From Laetmonice hystrix (lineage: Eukaryota): DNA of 64,000 bases. Of the stretch, positions 36,368 through 48,195 are shown piece by piece (within the stretch, counting starts at the first letter, position 1; the number at the start of each line of letters is the position of its first letter). The stretch spans positions 35,652,001 to 35,716,000 of the forward strand of contig OZ249440.1 of NCBI GenBank assembly GCA_965235115.1. The letters run 5' to 3'. The notes beneath the pieces were generated by a model, which made no database searches, had not been told where the DNA came from, and saw nothing but the letters and a program-made list of their open reading frames with translations. The position numbers and the translations under genes are program-made.

Positions 36368-39129
36368 CCCTATGGACCCTAGCGCATTGTGACGTCATTG
36401 TCACTCCCAGCCCTAGCCTAAATCAGGCCAAGTCACTCACGGCGTTGGTCAATGCACTCAAACTGCTCTAGTGCATCATACATCATAATAAACATATGTA
36501 AAGTATACATTTTTGAAAAGCTGACGTTCTGTGGAATCTAGTAGTGCCATTTTCTTTCTAATACTTCAAAAATTGGTAAAGAAAGAGGCTTGAGGAACCC
36601 CCCCCAATTTTTTTTTCCATTTGCAGTCACCATGCAGAACTTTTTGGGGGGGGATTTGCAGATAATCCCACAGACGTAAGTGCAAATGAAAGAGAGATGC
36701 CCATGCCAAATGTGCACAAAAGTTAGTGTTGATAACTTGAAAACCTTTAGAGATATGATAAAAAGAATGTGATGACCTACCGAACCTCAAAGCATGCATG
36801 ATGGATCTCTTGACTTCATGCGGCATAGCAGGCAGTGCAGTCAGTCGTGCGATGTAATTTTTTGGTTGTAATCCATCAACATATGTACAGTTATTTACAG
36901 TTCCTATGACTAAAAGTTATAAATGCTATTTACAAGGGCGTTGCAGAGAAGAAAGTTAACTCAGTTTCTTCTTTTTGTGTTCCTCAAAACATGCAGGGCA
37001 CACGCCAATATTGCAACTTGAGCAATGGAATGTGGATCGTTTTCTTTTCATTCCAGAAACACTACACACGTTGCATTCTCTCTCCTGTTGCCGTTTTTTC
37101 CCACTTTTTGTTGTGATTGTGGGAAGCTTGTTGAGGACACACTGCCTGCCAGGGACAAGTTCTGGAGGAGAGGGCACTTCTTTGTCAGAGTAGTTTCCAA
37201 GGAGGTCCTTTACTACTGACTTCAAAAACTTTTCCCTTGTGAGAGGACGGAAGTCACATTCCTTGAATCCCGGATTATTTCTGCTTTCCTCCTTTCTTTG
37301 CATCAGAGTTTTTACATATATAATGTATGCATTCAAAAGTGCCCTGTGCATAAAATTAGTAAAAACTTTCATGTACCACTTATAGCTTCTCCTTTCATCC
37401 TCATAATTGTACACTTTCTGGTCTGCCAGGTCACACCCACCCATGTGAGTATTGTAGTCTGCAATTGATTCTGGCACGTCTATATTCATTCCCCTCCTTT
37501 TCACACTGACATTTGTTGCAATATTTTCTGTAGAAAGGACCAGAACTGCTTTTGATTGACTTTTCTTTTCTCGGAAGGCTGTACAAAAAATGTAGTTGTT
37601 GCGGAAGTGCACTGATGAAGGGGGTTGAAGTTTAGCCTTTAGTATCTGAGGAGGAATTCCTTTTCTGTTACGTCTCAGTGTTCCAATCAAATATGTTTTC
37701 TGTGCATAGAGGTCTGTTGCTAGTTGAAACGATGTGTAGAAATTGTCTACCACAAGGGTATGACCTTTATTCAGCAGACCTTTCATTAATTCAAAAACCA
37801 CAGCATACCCTTGCCCAAATGCAGACTGCATACGGTCATACACTTTCCCAGTATATACGCGGATCTGCCAGACATACCCAGTGCTGCTTTCAGCCAACAC
37901 CCACAACTTGACACCCCATCGATGGTGTTTCTTATTGGGAATGTATTGCATAAGTCCAGTTCTGTTCTTCAGGCCAATCAAACTCTCATCAACTGACACA
38001 TGCTTTTCTGGAATATAGAATTTAGAAAAATAGCTATTCAGCATGTCAATTATTGGTCTAATTTTGTGAAGTGGATCATATCCTGGCTCTCCTTTTTTTA
38101 TCATAGTTTCATTGTTGTTGAAATGTAGAAACCTCAGCGCAAAGAAAAACTTGTCCCTGGCAAAAAAGTCACCAAAGCTAGGAGTTCTCTGGAGGTAGTC
38201 CTTCAAGTTCCAGTAGTCTTTCATCCTGGGTTTCCAAACTAAACTCATGTTGAGAAGCATACCAAAAAGAGCCTTCACTCTCGCCATTGTCATCAGTCCA
38301 TTCTTTTCAAACCAGGCCCGTTGCCGTTCAAATGATTTAGAAGGTTTCTTTCCATTCATCACGTCCCTGTCATATCTCTCTGATGTTTGTCTGAAATACC
38401 TATTACTCTCTGTCACTATGTGCTGAAGCAGGGCAGCACTGTAGAATAGATTGACAAACTGCACAGGTTTTGATACGTTTCGTGGCACATTTTGAGGACC
38501 AGAAATGTCAACAAACAGATGTTTACTGGGTCTGGATGATTCAATCTCATCAGTTACTGAATGCCACCGACTGGCGGTCGCCGTGACTGGCGGAGCGGAC
38601 CCCACATCAGAGCCGTCAACATCGCTGTCAGACTCGCTGCTCTCACCTGTACCAATATCTGAAAGTTCGCTTTCGCTGGACGATATGTCTACATCCACAT
38701 CTTCTAGACGTTTAAGTTGTTCTAGAATAATCCTGTCCCTTTCTATCAATTCTTCTGGATCTATATCAAATCCTTCAAAACTTTCTTCATCGGAATCCAA
38801 GCTAAAATTACCGTCACGACCGCTTGGCCAAGGACAACGTTTGGCCGCCGCCATCTTTGTTGTTATGGTGAGTCACGTGGTTTCGGAAGGAAGGCTTCGT
38901 ATTTCGACCTCCAAACAGGAGATTTCCATGACTTGACCAATCAGAGAGTGTATTAAGAAGCCTAGGTTCCGTACAGCCGATATAAACTATTTTCTCATTG
39001 GTTTGTTCAGATTAAGCGCCTCTGAGAGCTATTTCAAAATGGAGTGTCAACAAAGCCGACACATCGGCTCGTCGGGCTAGGTTTGACGTCAGAATTCGGC
39101 CGATAAATCGGCGCCTAGGGCCCATAGGG
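36368..39129 (-). mobile_element. Full-length piggyBac transposon, 2762 bp
   Basis: TTAA at 36364-36367 and 39130-39133; TIR CCCTATGGACCCTAG / CTAGGGCCCATAGGG (14/15 match); uninterrupted transposase ORF. Confidence 0.95.
36956..38854 (-). CDS. piggyBac transposase, 632 aa, intact
   Basis: Acidic N-terminus; VSVDES, VVDNFY and GGCDLAD (DDD triad); C-terminal CNVC..CSSC..CPACF..H cysteine-rich domain. Confidence 0.93.
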   Translation of the reverse strand: MAAAKRCPWPSGRDGNFSLDSDEESFEGFDIDPEELIERDRIILEQLKRLEDVDVDISSSESELSDIGTGESSESDSDVDGSDVGSAPPVTATASRWHSVTDEIESSRPSKHLFVDISGPQNVPRNVSKPVQFVNLFYSAALLQHIVTESNRYFRQTSERYDRDVMNGKKPSKSFERQRAWFEKNGLMTMARVKALFGMLLNMSLVWKPRMKDYWNLKDYLQRTPSFGDFFARDKFFFALRFLHFNNNETMIKKGEPGYDPLHKIRPIIDMLNSYFSKFYIPEKHVSVDESLIGLKNRTGLMQYIPNKKHHRWGVKLWVLAESSTGYVWQIRVYTGKVYDRMQSAFGQGYAVVFELMKGLLNKGHTLVVDNFYTSFQLATDLYAQKTYLIGTLRRNRKGIPPQILKAKLQPPSSVHFRNNYIFCTAFREKKSQSKAVLVLSTENIATNVSVKRRGMNIDVPESIADYNTHMGGCDLADQKVYNYEDERRSYKWYMKVFTNFMHRALLNAYIIYVKTLMQRKEESRNNPGFKECDFRPLTREKFLKSVVKDLLGNYSDKEVPSPPELVPGRQCVLNKLPTITTKSGKKRQQERECNVCSVSGMKRKRSTFHCSSCNIGVCPACFEEHKKKKLS

Positions 39130-39279
39130 TTAAGACTCGTCTCATTATAAAACCTTTGTCTGATGAGAGTAAAATCACCACATGCTTCAGTGTCTATTCA
39201 CCTCATTCACGGATTCGCCATTGTGAAACCAAAGCGAGGCTGACACCGCAAGGTCACGCATGGCCTTGACGTAACCGTC

Positions 39280-40616
39280 ATGGGGCACTGTTGTGTACCA
39301 TTATGCACAAACGACTCCAGACATGCAGAAAAGATACAGATACCGTATATGTCCTATTTGCCGTGCACCTCCTATTTGCCGTGCACCCCAGCATTTTTTA
39401 AAACTCAATGCGTTTGTCAGGGGTGGAAATTTGGGAAAACTCGGGTATTGGGGACTGTTGTCGTCAAAGTTATATGTTGACAAGTGAATTTTGTAGTTGG
39501 TGTTTTCTGTGTGCTATGTGTTTGGTGTTTCCTATATGTGTGTCAAAACGACTTGTGTCCACCTGGTGCCTATCCCTTTAAATATACCCCTAGTGGTCAA
39601 ATCAATTAAATCAATTTGTCACATGACCAGAACTAGTGATTGATATTCACTTTGCTCAAAGTCACCGTTGAAGCAACATGTCAACTTGAAGGTCAGTTTA
39701 TGGTATAGCCTAATCCGACGCCATCCTGCATTTTGTTCTTTATATTGAAATAGGTTTTATGCAGTAACGTTCGTAAATGATATAGGACTATCTAGATGAG
39801 TTATTATTTTATGTATTTTGTTTAATTATCTGGTGTTATTTATGTGTTGAAATTTGTTGGGAATCCAATTGTGTCGTGTCAACGTAGCCTGCCCGTAATG
39901 GGTTTCTCGTTATAAATTTACAATATTCCTTAGTTTCCAGTGGGTTATGTTATGTCGCCCGTGGAGGGTTAAATGGATGTATGAGTTTGTCGCCTGTTAT
40001 AGGTTCTTCGAATATCACGTTTCCCACTGTTAACTTAAACTGTTCATTTATACCATAGGAGAATAATAGTCATGTAATGCCACTCAAGATGGCGCTACCC
40101 CCCATAATGTTGGGGAAGTTTAGGCGAACCCACAAATTGTAAGTGAAATATTTAATTGGACATTTCATAATTTATATATTTATCAATATTATATTTTCCT
40201 TCTGTAATATTGTCCATGTAATGTACCTTGTGCGTCTTATGTTATGTTAATCTTTGGCTTATTCGTATGTAATGTTGCTTCGTCATGTGTTCCTTGTGCG
40301 CATGTATTGTTAAAACGTTCCTTTGTCTGTCTGTCCTGTACAGCTTCACCGCTTCGTGCGCGTTTGAAGAATAAAGCCAAAAATGAAACAACAAAGAACT
40401 TGACTCAACATTACAGGGACTTATATTGGGGACCTATTTGGAAAGAAAATGCCCCCTTAACGTTAAAATAATTCATTTGCCGCGCACCCCCCTTCTGCAC
40501 ACGCGCATGCGCGGCAAATAGGACATATACTAATAGGAGAAAGCTTTCTTTTCACAACTTTCCTAAAGACGAAGGCCTTAAAAAACGATGGATTATTGCT
40601 ATTAGAAGAGACGACC
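39280..40616 (+). pseudogene. THAP zinc-finger N-terminus split by a MITE (39280-39342 plus about 40533-40616)
   Basis: MGHCCVPLCTN...EKLSFHNFPKDEGLKKRWIIAIRRD. Confidence 0.7.
39343..40531. mobile_element. pogo-like MITE containing the inverted copy of the 465-bp repeat
   Basis: GTATATGTCCTATTTGCCG (39345) / CGGCAAATAGGACATATAC (to 40530), a 19-bp perfect inverted repeat; exact ends uncertain. Confidence 0.65.
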
Positions 40617-40758
40617 CAGCTAGCAACAGACGTCAGAATAACGTTATGAAACGTTTATAAAAAGTTGGAAGGAAAACGTTTTACAAAAACGTCCTGATAA
40701 CGTTAATTAGACTAGGTTGAAACGTTTTTGAAAGGTTATAAATAGGTATTTAGGAACC

Positions 40759-41645
40759 ATGATAGATCAACACATGACTGGGATACCACAATACAACAAA
40801 CTCATGAATTCAATAAATAGTAAAATAGTAAACCTTGCTAAACTCAGGTATCTGGTAAACAAAGAAACAGCACTAACAATTTATAAAACTACTATACTTC
40901 CTCTACTAGACTATAATGATTTCATGTACCTGCTACTTCCCGATAAATTAAAAAAGATTGAAACCTTGCAGAATAGAGCCTTAAGAAGTGTATATAACAA
41001 CTGCACAATGCATGTGCAGGAGATGCGCACTGAATCCAAACTTCCCAGCCTCAGTGACAGAAGAAAAATACATTTACTAGGTCTTATGTATAAACGTAGC
41101 AGTATGAATGAATATTTAGATTCCAGGTCCTTACCTACTAGGCAGTTTGATAAAATTGTACTCAGAATACCTGATTTTAAACTAACAAAGACATCAAAGT
41201 GCCCCATTATTTTAGGAAGTAGACTGTGGAACGAACTACCAAGAGACATCCAAAATGCCGAAACTTACCTCCAGTTCAAAAAAAAGATAAAGCAGTTTTT
41301 TCACATGGTGTAGATTATTAAGGTTGCCTGTCCTCCCCCCCCCCCCCCCCTACAATTACTTTTATTACGAATTATTTTAAAAAGAATGCTACCAGACCAC
41401 CACTGTCAACCTTACAGACTGAAATCCTCTGTATTGTATTGTTGTACATTAATAATGCATTTATTATGTGCCTACTAACATATAGCAGTTAAACCTTAAA
41501 CCTAACTTATTTTGCTTTTTTCTACCTCCGTAAATCAAACAAAACTTGTAAGGAACTCAAACGAGTCCAGAACAGAAGGGACAGAAGACCGGATACCACC
41601 GAGTCCCTTTATACTGGTTAAAGTTATGGAAATAAATAAAAAAAA
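40759..41645 (+). mobile_element. CR1/L2-group LINE 3' fragment with 3' UTR and A-rich tail
   Basis: IYKTTILPLLDY..LQNRALR..RRKIHLL..GSRLWNELP..FKKKIK; ends AATAAATAAAAAAAA. Confidence 0.8.
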
Positions 41646-43086
41646 TGCACCAGCTTGAAACAGAGTTACGATATTGCTGTAGCATTTAACGAAAATCCAC
41701 TCCAGAACGACAGATTACGGTCCCATCCACATACGTTATACATCCACATAAGGTATAGTTTTAGCTATCATGCATTGTACCCTTAGATAAATTATGAAAC
41801 CAGTTTGCATTATTTGACAATCCTAGTTTACTCAGCCTTTTTACTTTTATCAAAACATTGATTAAATTGTCGAAAGACCTGAAACAATTAATATGGAGTG
41901 TACTGTCATCAGTGTGGTAATTTACTTTTACCGTTGTAATGTGGGGAAGTATTCTCCTAGCAGCTGAAAAATTAAATACACCGCATTTACTAATTTTAGC
42001 CAATGTGTAACTGGGTTTCCGGATGCTAGAGAAAAAAAACAGTAGTAGTAGTGATGAAAATTTTGTCTGTAGAACTTGTCATGTGACAGTAAGTAAGAGA
42101 TAAATATTTGGCTCATAACTTATTTTTCTGTTCTATTTGTCAATTTTCCCACCCCATTGACATGCCATAGCCTCCATCTAGATGGCTTACTCAACTTAAG
42201 TTGAGAATTTTTGAAAAACTGGGCCCTGATTCGACTGTTTCCTAATGTCATAAGATTTAAGGCAGAAACTACAACTGCTGTGAAGAGCATCACTAGAAAT
42301 CCGCAGTAGAGAATTTTGATAGAGACGTTTGAAGTGGTTTTTGACACTAATGTTCACACTTTTTTTCTTTTTACATCATATTAAGCCTCATGAGTCTAAA
42401 GCCTCATGAGTCTTTGACACGAGTAATTAACACTGTAAGTAATATTATTCACTTCAGGGGTTAACTGATATTACACCTAGGGGTGGTACATTTTCACATC
42501 TTTTTCCAGGGTCATCACTTCTGTTACTGGCCACCACCAACGTTTACAAAGTCAGTGACCGATAAGGTAATGCCAGAGAAAAGTTGGACACTCCATAAAC
42601 TGAGCAAGATCTACAAGCAAACTGGTGCGTACCAATTCATGTTTTAAATATAGTAAATTACGGAAAATTTCTAATTGTTCTACTCTATTTCAGTTATGAA
42701 AATCAGAAGTATAACCTAGAACTTGATAATTTTCGTGCAAACCTCAACAGACTGACCTAATAAATACTGAATGTCACTTTCAGAAATCACACAACTATAG
42801 TGGCTTAGCGTCGGGGGGGGGGGCACAGGGGCACTTGCCCCTACTTTTCACCAGCACAATATTAAGAAAGTGGCACGTACCCCGCCGATTATCGCCAGTA
42901 CATTATTAAGAATGCCCCCCCCCCCATCTGTTTCCCCCATTTTGGGGGGTCAGGCTATGCCTATGCTCACAAATCGTGAATGATCACTTTCCACGCACTT
43001 TTTTCATTGACAGATGATTAATCAAAGGCGAAGACAGCCGAAAAAGATGCTATGGACACTTCCTACGTGGAAAGTAGTGACTCGGA

Positions 43087-43616
43087 GTGAGTGAGTGAGT
43101 AGTGGTGGTTTTGCGCCGTGTCGGCATCTGGGGCCATATTGACGGCGAAAACAGAGTTATAAGACCATAAAACCAAAGGAACCTATTTTATCCCGGGTCC
43201 CAACGGGAACACCCAAAACACATCTATAAAAGATTCAGAAGTCCAGCCTCTGACAAGAACTCCAAAATCACTCCTGGTCTGATATTGCTAAAAAGATCCT
43301 TAAGACTCGTCTCATTATAAAACCTTTGTCTGATGAGAGTAAAATCGCCACATTCGAGTAAAAGATGCTTCAGTGTCAAAGGACACTGACAGCCATGACA
43401 TTCTGGAGGTGGCTCCCCCTTCAATAAAAACACATGGGTTAATCTAGAATGACCAACTCTGCATCGAGTAAAAACAATTTCATGCCTACGTTGGGTTAGG
43501 CCATGATGATACCTTTGATTTACCATGGGACTGATCTGATACAACTTATTGTTTGGTTGTTCATCCCATTCGGCCTGCCATTTGTTTTTAACATAAGCCC
43601 AGATGGTAGGTCTGAG
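43087..43616 (-). mobile_element. I-group LINE 3' fragment with 10-bp TSD
   Basis: GTGACTCGGA at 43077-43086 and 43617-43626. Confidence 0.9.
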
Positions 43617-44344
43617 GTGACTCGGAAGACATGGGTGTAGGAAAGAGAAGACGTGCTTAAGAGAAAACAACCTGAGCCAGACAGTAGGTGGATTTGTAAA
43701 AAAATAAACTGACCTCTAATTTGCACTAATCTTGCTCAGTCCATAAAAAAGGAAATATGATCACACAAACTGAAGAGGGTAGCTGATTGGAGCTTTATGT
43801 TGTGTGATAGATAAGGTTTTATGGTACTCTAAAACGGGTGAATAGGGAGAATTTTTATCAAGTTAAAATCAGTGTTGTTTCCCCCGAAACATACATAAAC
43901 AGTTTGTAAATAAAGCTACTGAAGTTTTGGAGAAACAAAAATAAAAAAATGCAACTGTTATAATGTTATGAAAAATTGTCCATATTCACCCCCCCCCCTT
44001 GCCTATTCACCCTATTTTACCGTAATGCTGCCTCTATATTTAACAGACCTAAAGTATGACTATAGTATGCTTAATTAGTGAATGTTATGGGCGTACGAAC
44101 CAGGGGGCGGGGGACGGCAATAGCCACCCAAATTCGGGCAAAACAGTGGAGAAAATTCATGCACATTCATTGGTACTTATGTTTTTATCTGTGCAAAAAT
44201 AAACCTCTTTGCCCTCTCCCATTATCAAGGAGCTCCCATACAGCCATAGTGAACGTTCACATTTTCCCATAAAATAGGAACTTGGGAAGGGGTTGCATTG
44301 AGCGTTTTAAATAAATTGATATATATATATCTGTAAAATATCAA

Positions 44345-44481
44345 GTGAGTGAGTAGTGGTGGTTTTGCGCCGTGTCGGCATCCGGGGCCATCCTCACGGC
44401 GAAAACAGAGTTATAAGACCATAAAACTAAAGGAACCTATTTTATCCCGGGTCCCAACGGGAACACCACCAAAACACATCT
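44345..44481 (-). mobile_element. I-group LINE 3' UTR insertion with 9-bp TSD
   Basis: AAATATCAA at 44336-44344 and 44482-44490. Confidence 0.85.
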
Positions 44482-44714
44482 AAATATCAATATCTAAATA
44501 AATATAAATAATATAAATATCTAAATATCAACCAGATATTCAAAGTAATTGCAGTATTCCATGATGTGTTCTCAATCAGGTAGCGATGATGACCCGCCAA
44601 CAACGATGAGAAGGATAACTGTGACCCCCACTCGACCAGCCTATCCCAAAGCACCTGCGGCGCTGAATTGTTCACCTATACCAGGTCCTGTAAACAAGGT
44701 CTGTAAACAGGTCC

Positions 44715-45820
44715 GAAAACAAGAGTTATAAGACCATAAAACCAAAGGAACCTATTTTATCCCGGGTCCCAACGGGAACACCACCAAAACACATCTATAA
44801 AAGAGTCAGAAGTCCAGCCTCTGACAAGAACTCTAAAATCACTCCTGGTCTGATATTGCTAAAAAGATCCTTAAGACTCGTCTCATTATAAAACCTTTGT
44901 CTGATGAGAGTAAAATCACCACATTCGAGTAAAAGATGCTTCAGTGTCAAAGGACACCGACAGCCATAACATTCTGGAGGTGGCTCCCCCTTCGATAAAA
45001 ACACACGGGTTAATCTAGAATGACCAACTCTGCATCGAGTAAAAACAATTTCATGCCTCCGTTGGGTTAGGCCATGATGAAACCTTTGGTCTACGATGGG
45101 ACTGATCTGATACAATTTATTGTTTGGTTGTTCATCCCATTCGGCCTGCCATTTGTTTTTTAACATAAGCCCAGATGGTAGGTCTGAGGTCATTGCTCAT
45201 TGCCCGGTATGCCAACATGGCCAGGCACCCAGCAAAAGTGAATATCAAAGTTTGCATTGGCAAGCACTGCCAACTTGGACAAGATTTGGACGATCGCTGG
45301 GTGATCTGTGTTCAAGTTAGCAAGTGCTTGCAGACAGGATAAGGGATCCGAGAAAATGAGGAAGTCCTTTTTGCCAGAAACTTCAATATTTTGAAGGGCA
45401 AGAAGCAGGGCCCGGGCCTCTGCTGAGAAGATGGAACTTTGCCCTGAGATGCGGGTGCCGAAGTTGTGCTTGCCATGAACTGCTGCCGCAGACACATCCC
45501 TGCCATCCTTTGAGCCATCAGTATAGAAGGCATAATGAGACGGATACATACATACGGGCATGTGTAGCAAATTTCTAATATTATAATCTACAGCGATGGC
45601 TGGTGTCTATTTAAGACTTCCCACCAATTATGACATGACTTCATATTGAGTGAGTGAGTAGTGGTGGATTTGCGCCATTTTGCCTCCGTTGGGCTAGGCC
45701 ATGATGATGCCTTTGGTTTACGATGGGACTGATCTGATCCAGTTCCTCTAGATGAGGTTTCACCCTCAGTCCAAAAGGACGTATGTACGTTTCCTTTTTT
45801 TCATATAAATGTTGGAACTG
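44715..45820 (-). mobile_element. Two internally deleted I-group LINE fragments (44715-45547 tail-less; 45647-45820 three-piece mosaic)
   Basis: RNase H and CCHC coding; jumps at about 45191, 45676 and 45738 relative to the long copy. Confidence 0.85.
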
Positions 45821-45842
45821 AATCTTAGAAAATGGCGACAAT

Positions 45843-47579
45843 ATGTCCAGGCGGACTTCTGGAAGAAGAAGTGCTTTCTGGGATGACTGTGGAGTTTGGC
45901 AGTCCCGCAGTGGCTCAACTCCAAAGTCGTTTTTCCTTCAAACCGATAGTGGTTGGAAAGCCATTCGTGTAAAAGATAACCAATACTGCACAAGCAAAGT
46001 GATTGGTGGTATTCTCGTCTTAGAGCCTCTACAGCCCCAGCCTGCCCCAGAGGAAGTACTGGTTCTAAGGCGCAACTATTCTATTCTAAAGGAGTGCAGT
46101 GCATATCAGCGCCGAGTGAGTTGGCTGGATTCGTTGCCAGAGTCAGTGTCCAAAAGTCACAGACAGATAGCGCTGGTCGAGTATAAGGGGCAATTTCCTG
46201 GGCGCTCCTTGCATGGCAACTGCAAACATGCTTCTGTTACGGGGGAATATGTCAGAACGGTCCCGGCCACCTTGGAAGCGATTGGAGAGCAAGTGAGGCA
46301 AGTGCGACCAACAGAGGTTTATAACAACTTACTGTTAAAAGAGGACTTAACTTCTGGTCCAAGGAACGTGAAGCAGGTGCATAATAAAAAGCATCACGAC
46401 CAGAAGAAAGAAGCGCAATCTGCTTCCGATGGTGTGGTACACAGCAGAAACTTTGCCGACCATGTCATGCGTGTTGCCAGTATGGTTTTGACCGACGACT
46501 TTGTACGGTCCATAGAGCTGAGCAAAGACGAGGTTCCTTCTGTTGTCCTCTACACAGAAAACACGGTGAAGTGTTTAATCCACATGTGTTGCAACTCCGA
46601 AGAACGGTCTGTCCTAGGGGTGGATAAAACCTACAACCTGGGAAATGTCTTTGTGACAGTAACATCGTTCAAAAACCATGCTGTCTATCGCCGTTCCTCA
46701 AAAGACCATCCTATCATGTTTGGCCCAATGTTTTTGCATGGTTCGTCCACTTTCCCAGTTTTCAGGTATTTCTTCTCGTGTCTAGCAGGTGCCATGGTGG
46801 GGTGTGATCGTTCAAAACTGATGGTTGGCTCTGACGACGAAAAGGCTCTGGTTAATGCCATCAAGGACTGTTTCCCGGAGTCGACAGTTTTGGCATGTAC
46901 TCGTCATCTAAAAAACAATGTCATCAGCTTCCTAAAAGATAAGGTTGGGCTCCGCTCTTCAGACAGGAACAGATTGGTTGAGCTGATCTTTGCAGAGAAC
47001 GGTATTGCTGCTGCATAAGATAACACTGAATATGTCAACCGGGTGCACGAGGTTCATCGGTTGCCTCAGAGGCTCTCCTTGGAGGACAACTTCAGCAATT
47101 CCTTGAACTGTCGACTGTTGCCCATTGTGCGTGAGCGAGTCGTCCTCCCAAATCAACAACAAGGGACGGGCTATAAATGGACGAACAACAACAGTGAGTC
47201 ACTGAACCATGCCCTCAAGCAGGCAGTTTTGTGGAAACCACAACAGATCCCCAAGTTAATTGAGACATTGAAAAGCATCGTTCTGGCACAGGAAAATGAC
47301 CTTGGGCATGCTATTCTTGATGTAGGAAACTTCGCTCTAGCTCCCCTGTATAAGCATTACAAAAAAACACGAGAGGAATGGACTGACATGTCACCGCGCC
47401 AACGGGAAGCACATCTGGCCCGTTTCATGGTACCTAGAAAGAAAGGGGCACGGACAGTACTGTCCACAGATGGAAAGCTACGGGTCAAAGCCTCTACCTC
47501 AGCAGGAAGAAAACCACACCAACGAAAACGACCGCGGGCAGAAAGGACAAGTACCATTTCCAAGAAGGCAAAGAAGTAA
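45843..47579 (+). pseudogene. MULE/Mutator transposase with one in-frame stop
   Basis: LGVDKTYNLG, MFGPMFLH, GSDDEKALVNAI..FP..LACTRH, WTNNNSESLN; ORFs 45843-47018 and 47043-47579 share a frame. Confidence 0.85.
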
Positions 47580-47585
47580 ACTTCT

Positions 47586-48052
47586 GCTACACGTTCAGGA
47601 GTGGTGTTTCCCACTGACAAGTTGCCCATCCAGGTCTGATGCCTGCCTGCCTTCTTATGTCACAGCTACACACACTCAGGAGTGGTGTTTCCCACTGACT
47701 AGTTGCCCATCCAGGTCTGATGCCTGCCTGCCTTCTCATGTCACAGCTACACACACTCAGGAGTGGTGTTTCCCACTAACAAGTTGCCCATCCTGGTCTG
47801 ATGCCTGCCTGCCTTCTCATGTCACAGCTACACACACTCAGGAGTGGTGTTTCCCACTGACAAGTTGCCCATCCTGGTCTGATGCCTGCCTGCCTTCTCA
47901 TGTCACAGCTACACACACTCAGGAGTGGTGTTTCCCACTGACTAGTTGCCCATCCTGGGCTGATGCCTGCCTGCCTTCTCATGTCACAGCTACACACACT
48001 CAGGAGTGGTGTTTCCCACTGACTAGTTGCCCATCCTGGTCTGATGCCTGCC
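47586..48052. repeat. Minisatellite, 81-bp unit, about 5.7 copies
   Basis: CAGGAGTGGTGTTTCCCACT at 47596, 47677, 47758, 47839, 47920 and 48001. Confidence 0.95.
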
Positions 48053-48156
48053 TGGAACTGGAACGACTGAGGACAGGAAAGTCGTTTGTTAGAACAACCC
48101 CACGTTCTACAGGCAGCGCAGGCCAAGCCTGTTGTAGTGCTTCCTACTACCCAGTT

Positions 48157-48195
48157 AGTGAGTGAGTGAGTAGTGGTGGTTTTGCGCCGTGTCGG
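48157..48195 (-). mobile_element. Minimal I-group LINE tail, truncated inside the stem-loop
   Basis: AGTGAGTGAGTGAGTAGTGGTGGTTTTGCGCCGTGTCGG. Confidence 0.8.

Larger units (their letters stand above)
36150..39194 (-). mobile_element. I-group LINE 3' fragment (36150-36367 plus 39130-39194) split by piggyBac
   Basis: The I sequence AAAGATCCTTAAGACTCGTC is split at its TTAA. Confidence 0.9.

Noticed and set aside
47470..48165. 231-aa repeat protein
   Set aside because: The frame stays open because the 81-bp unit is a multiple of three; it overlaps the MULE ORF end and has no other support.
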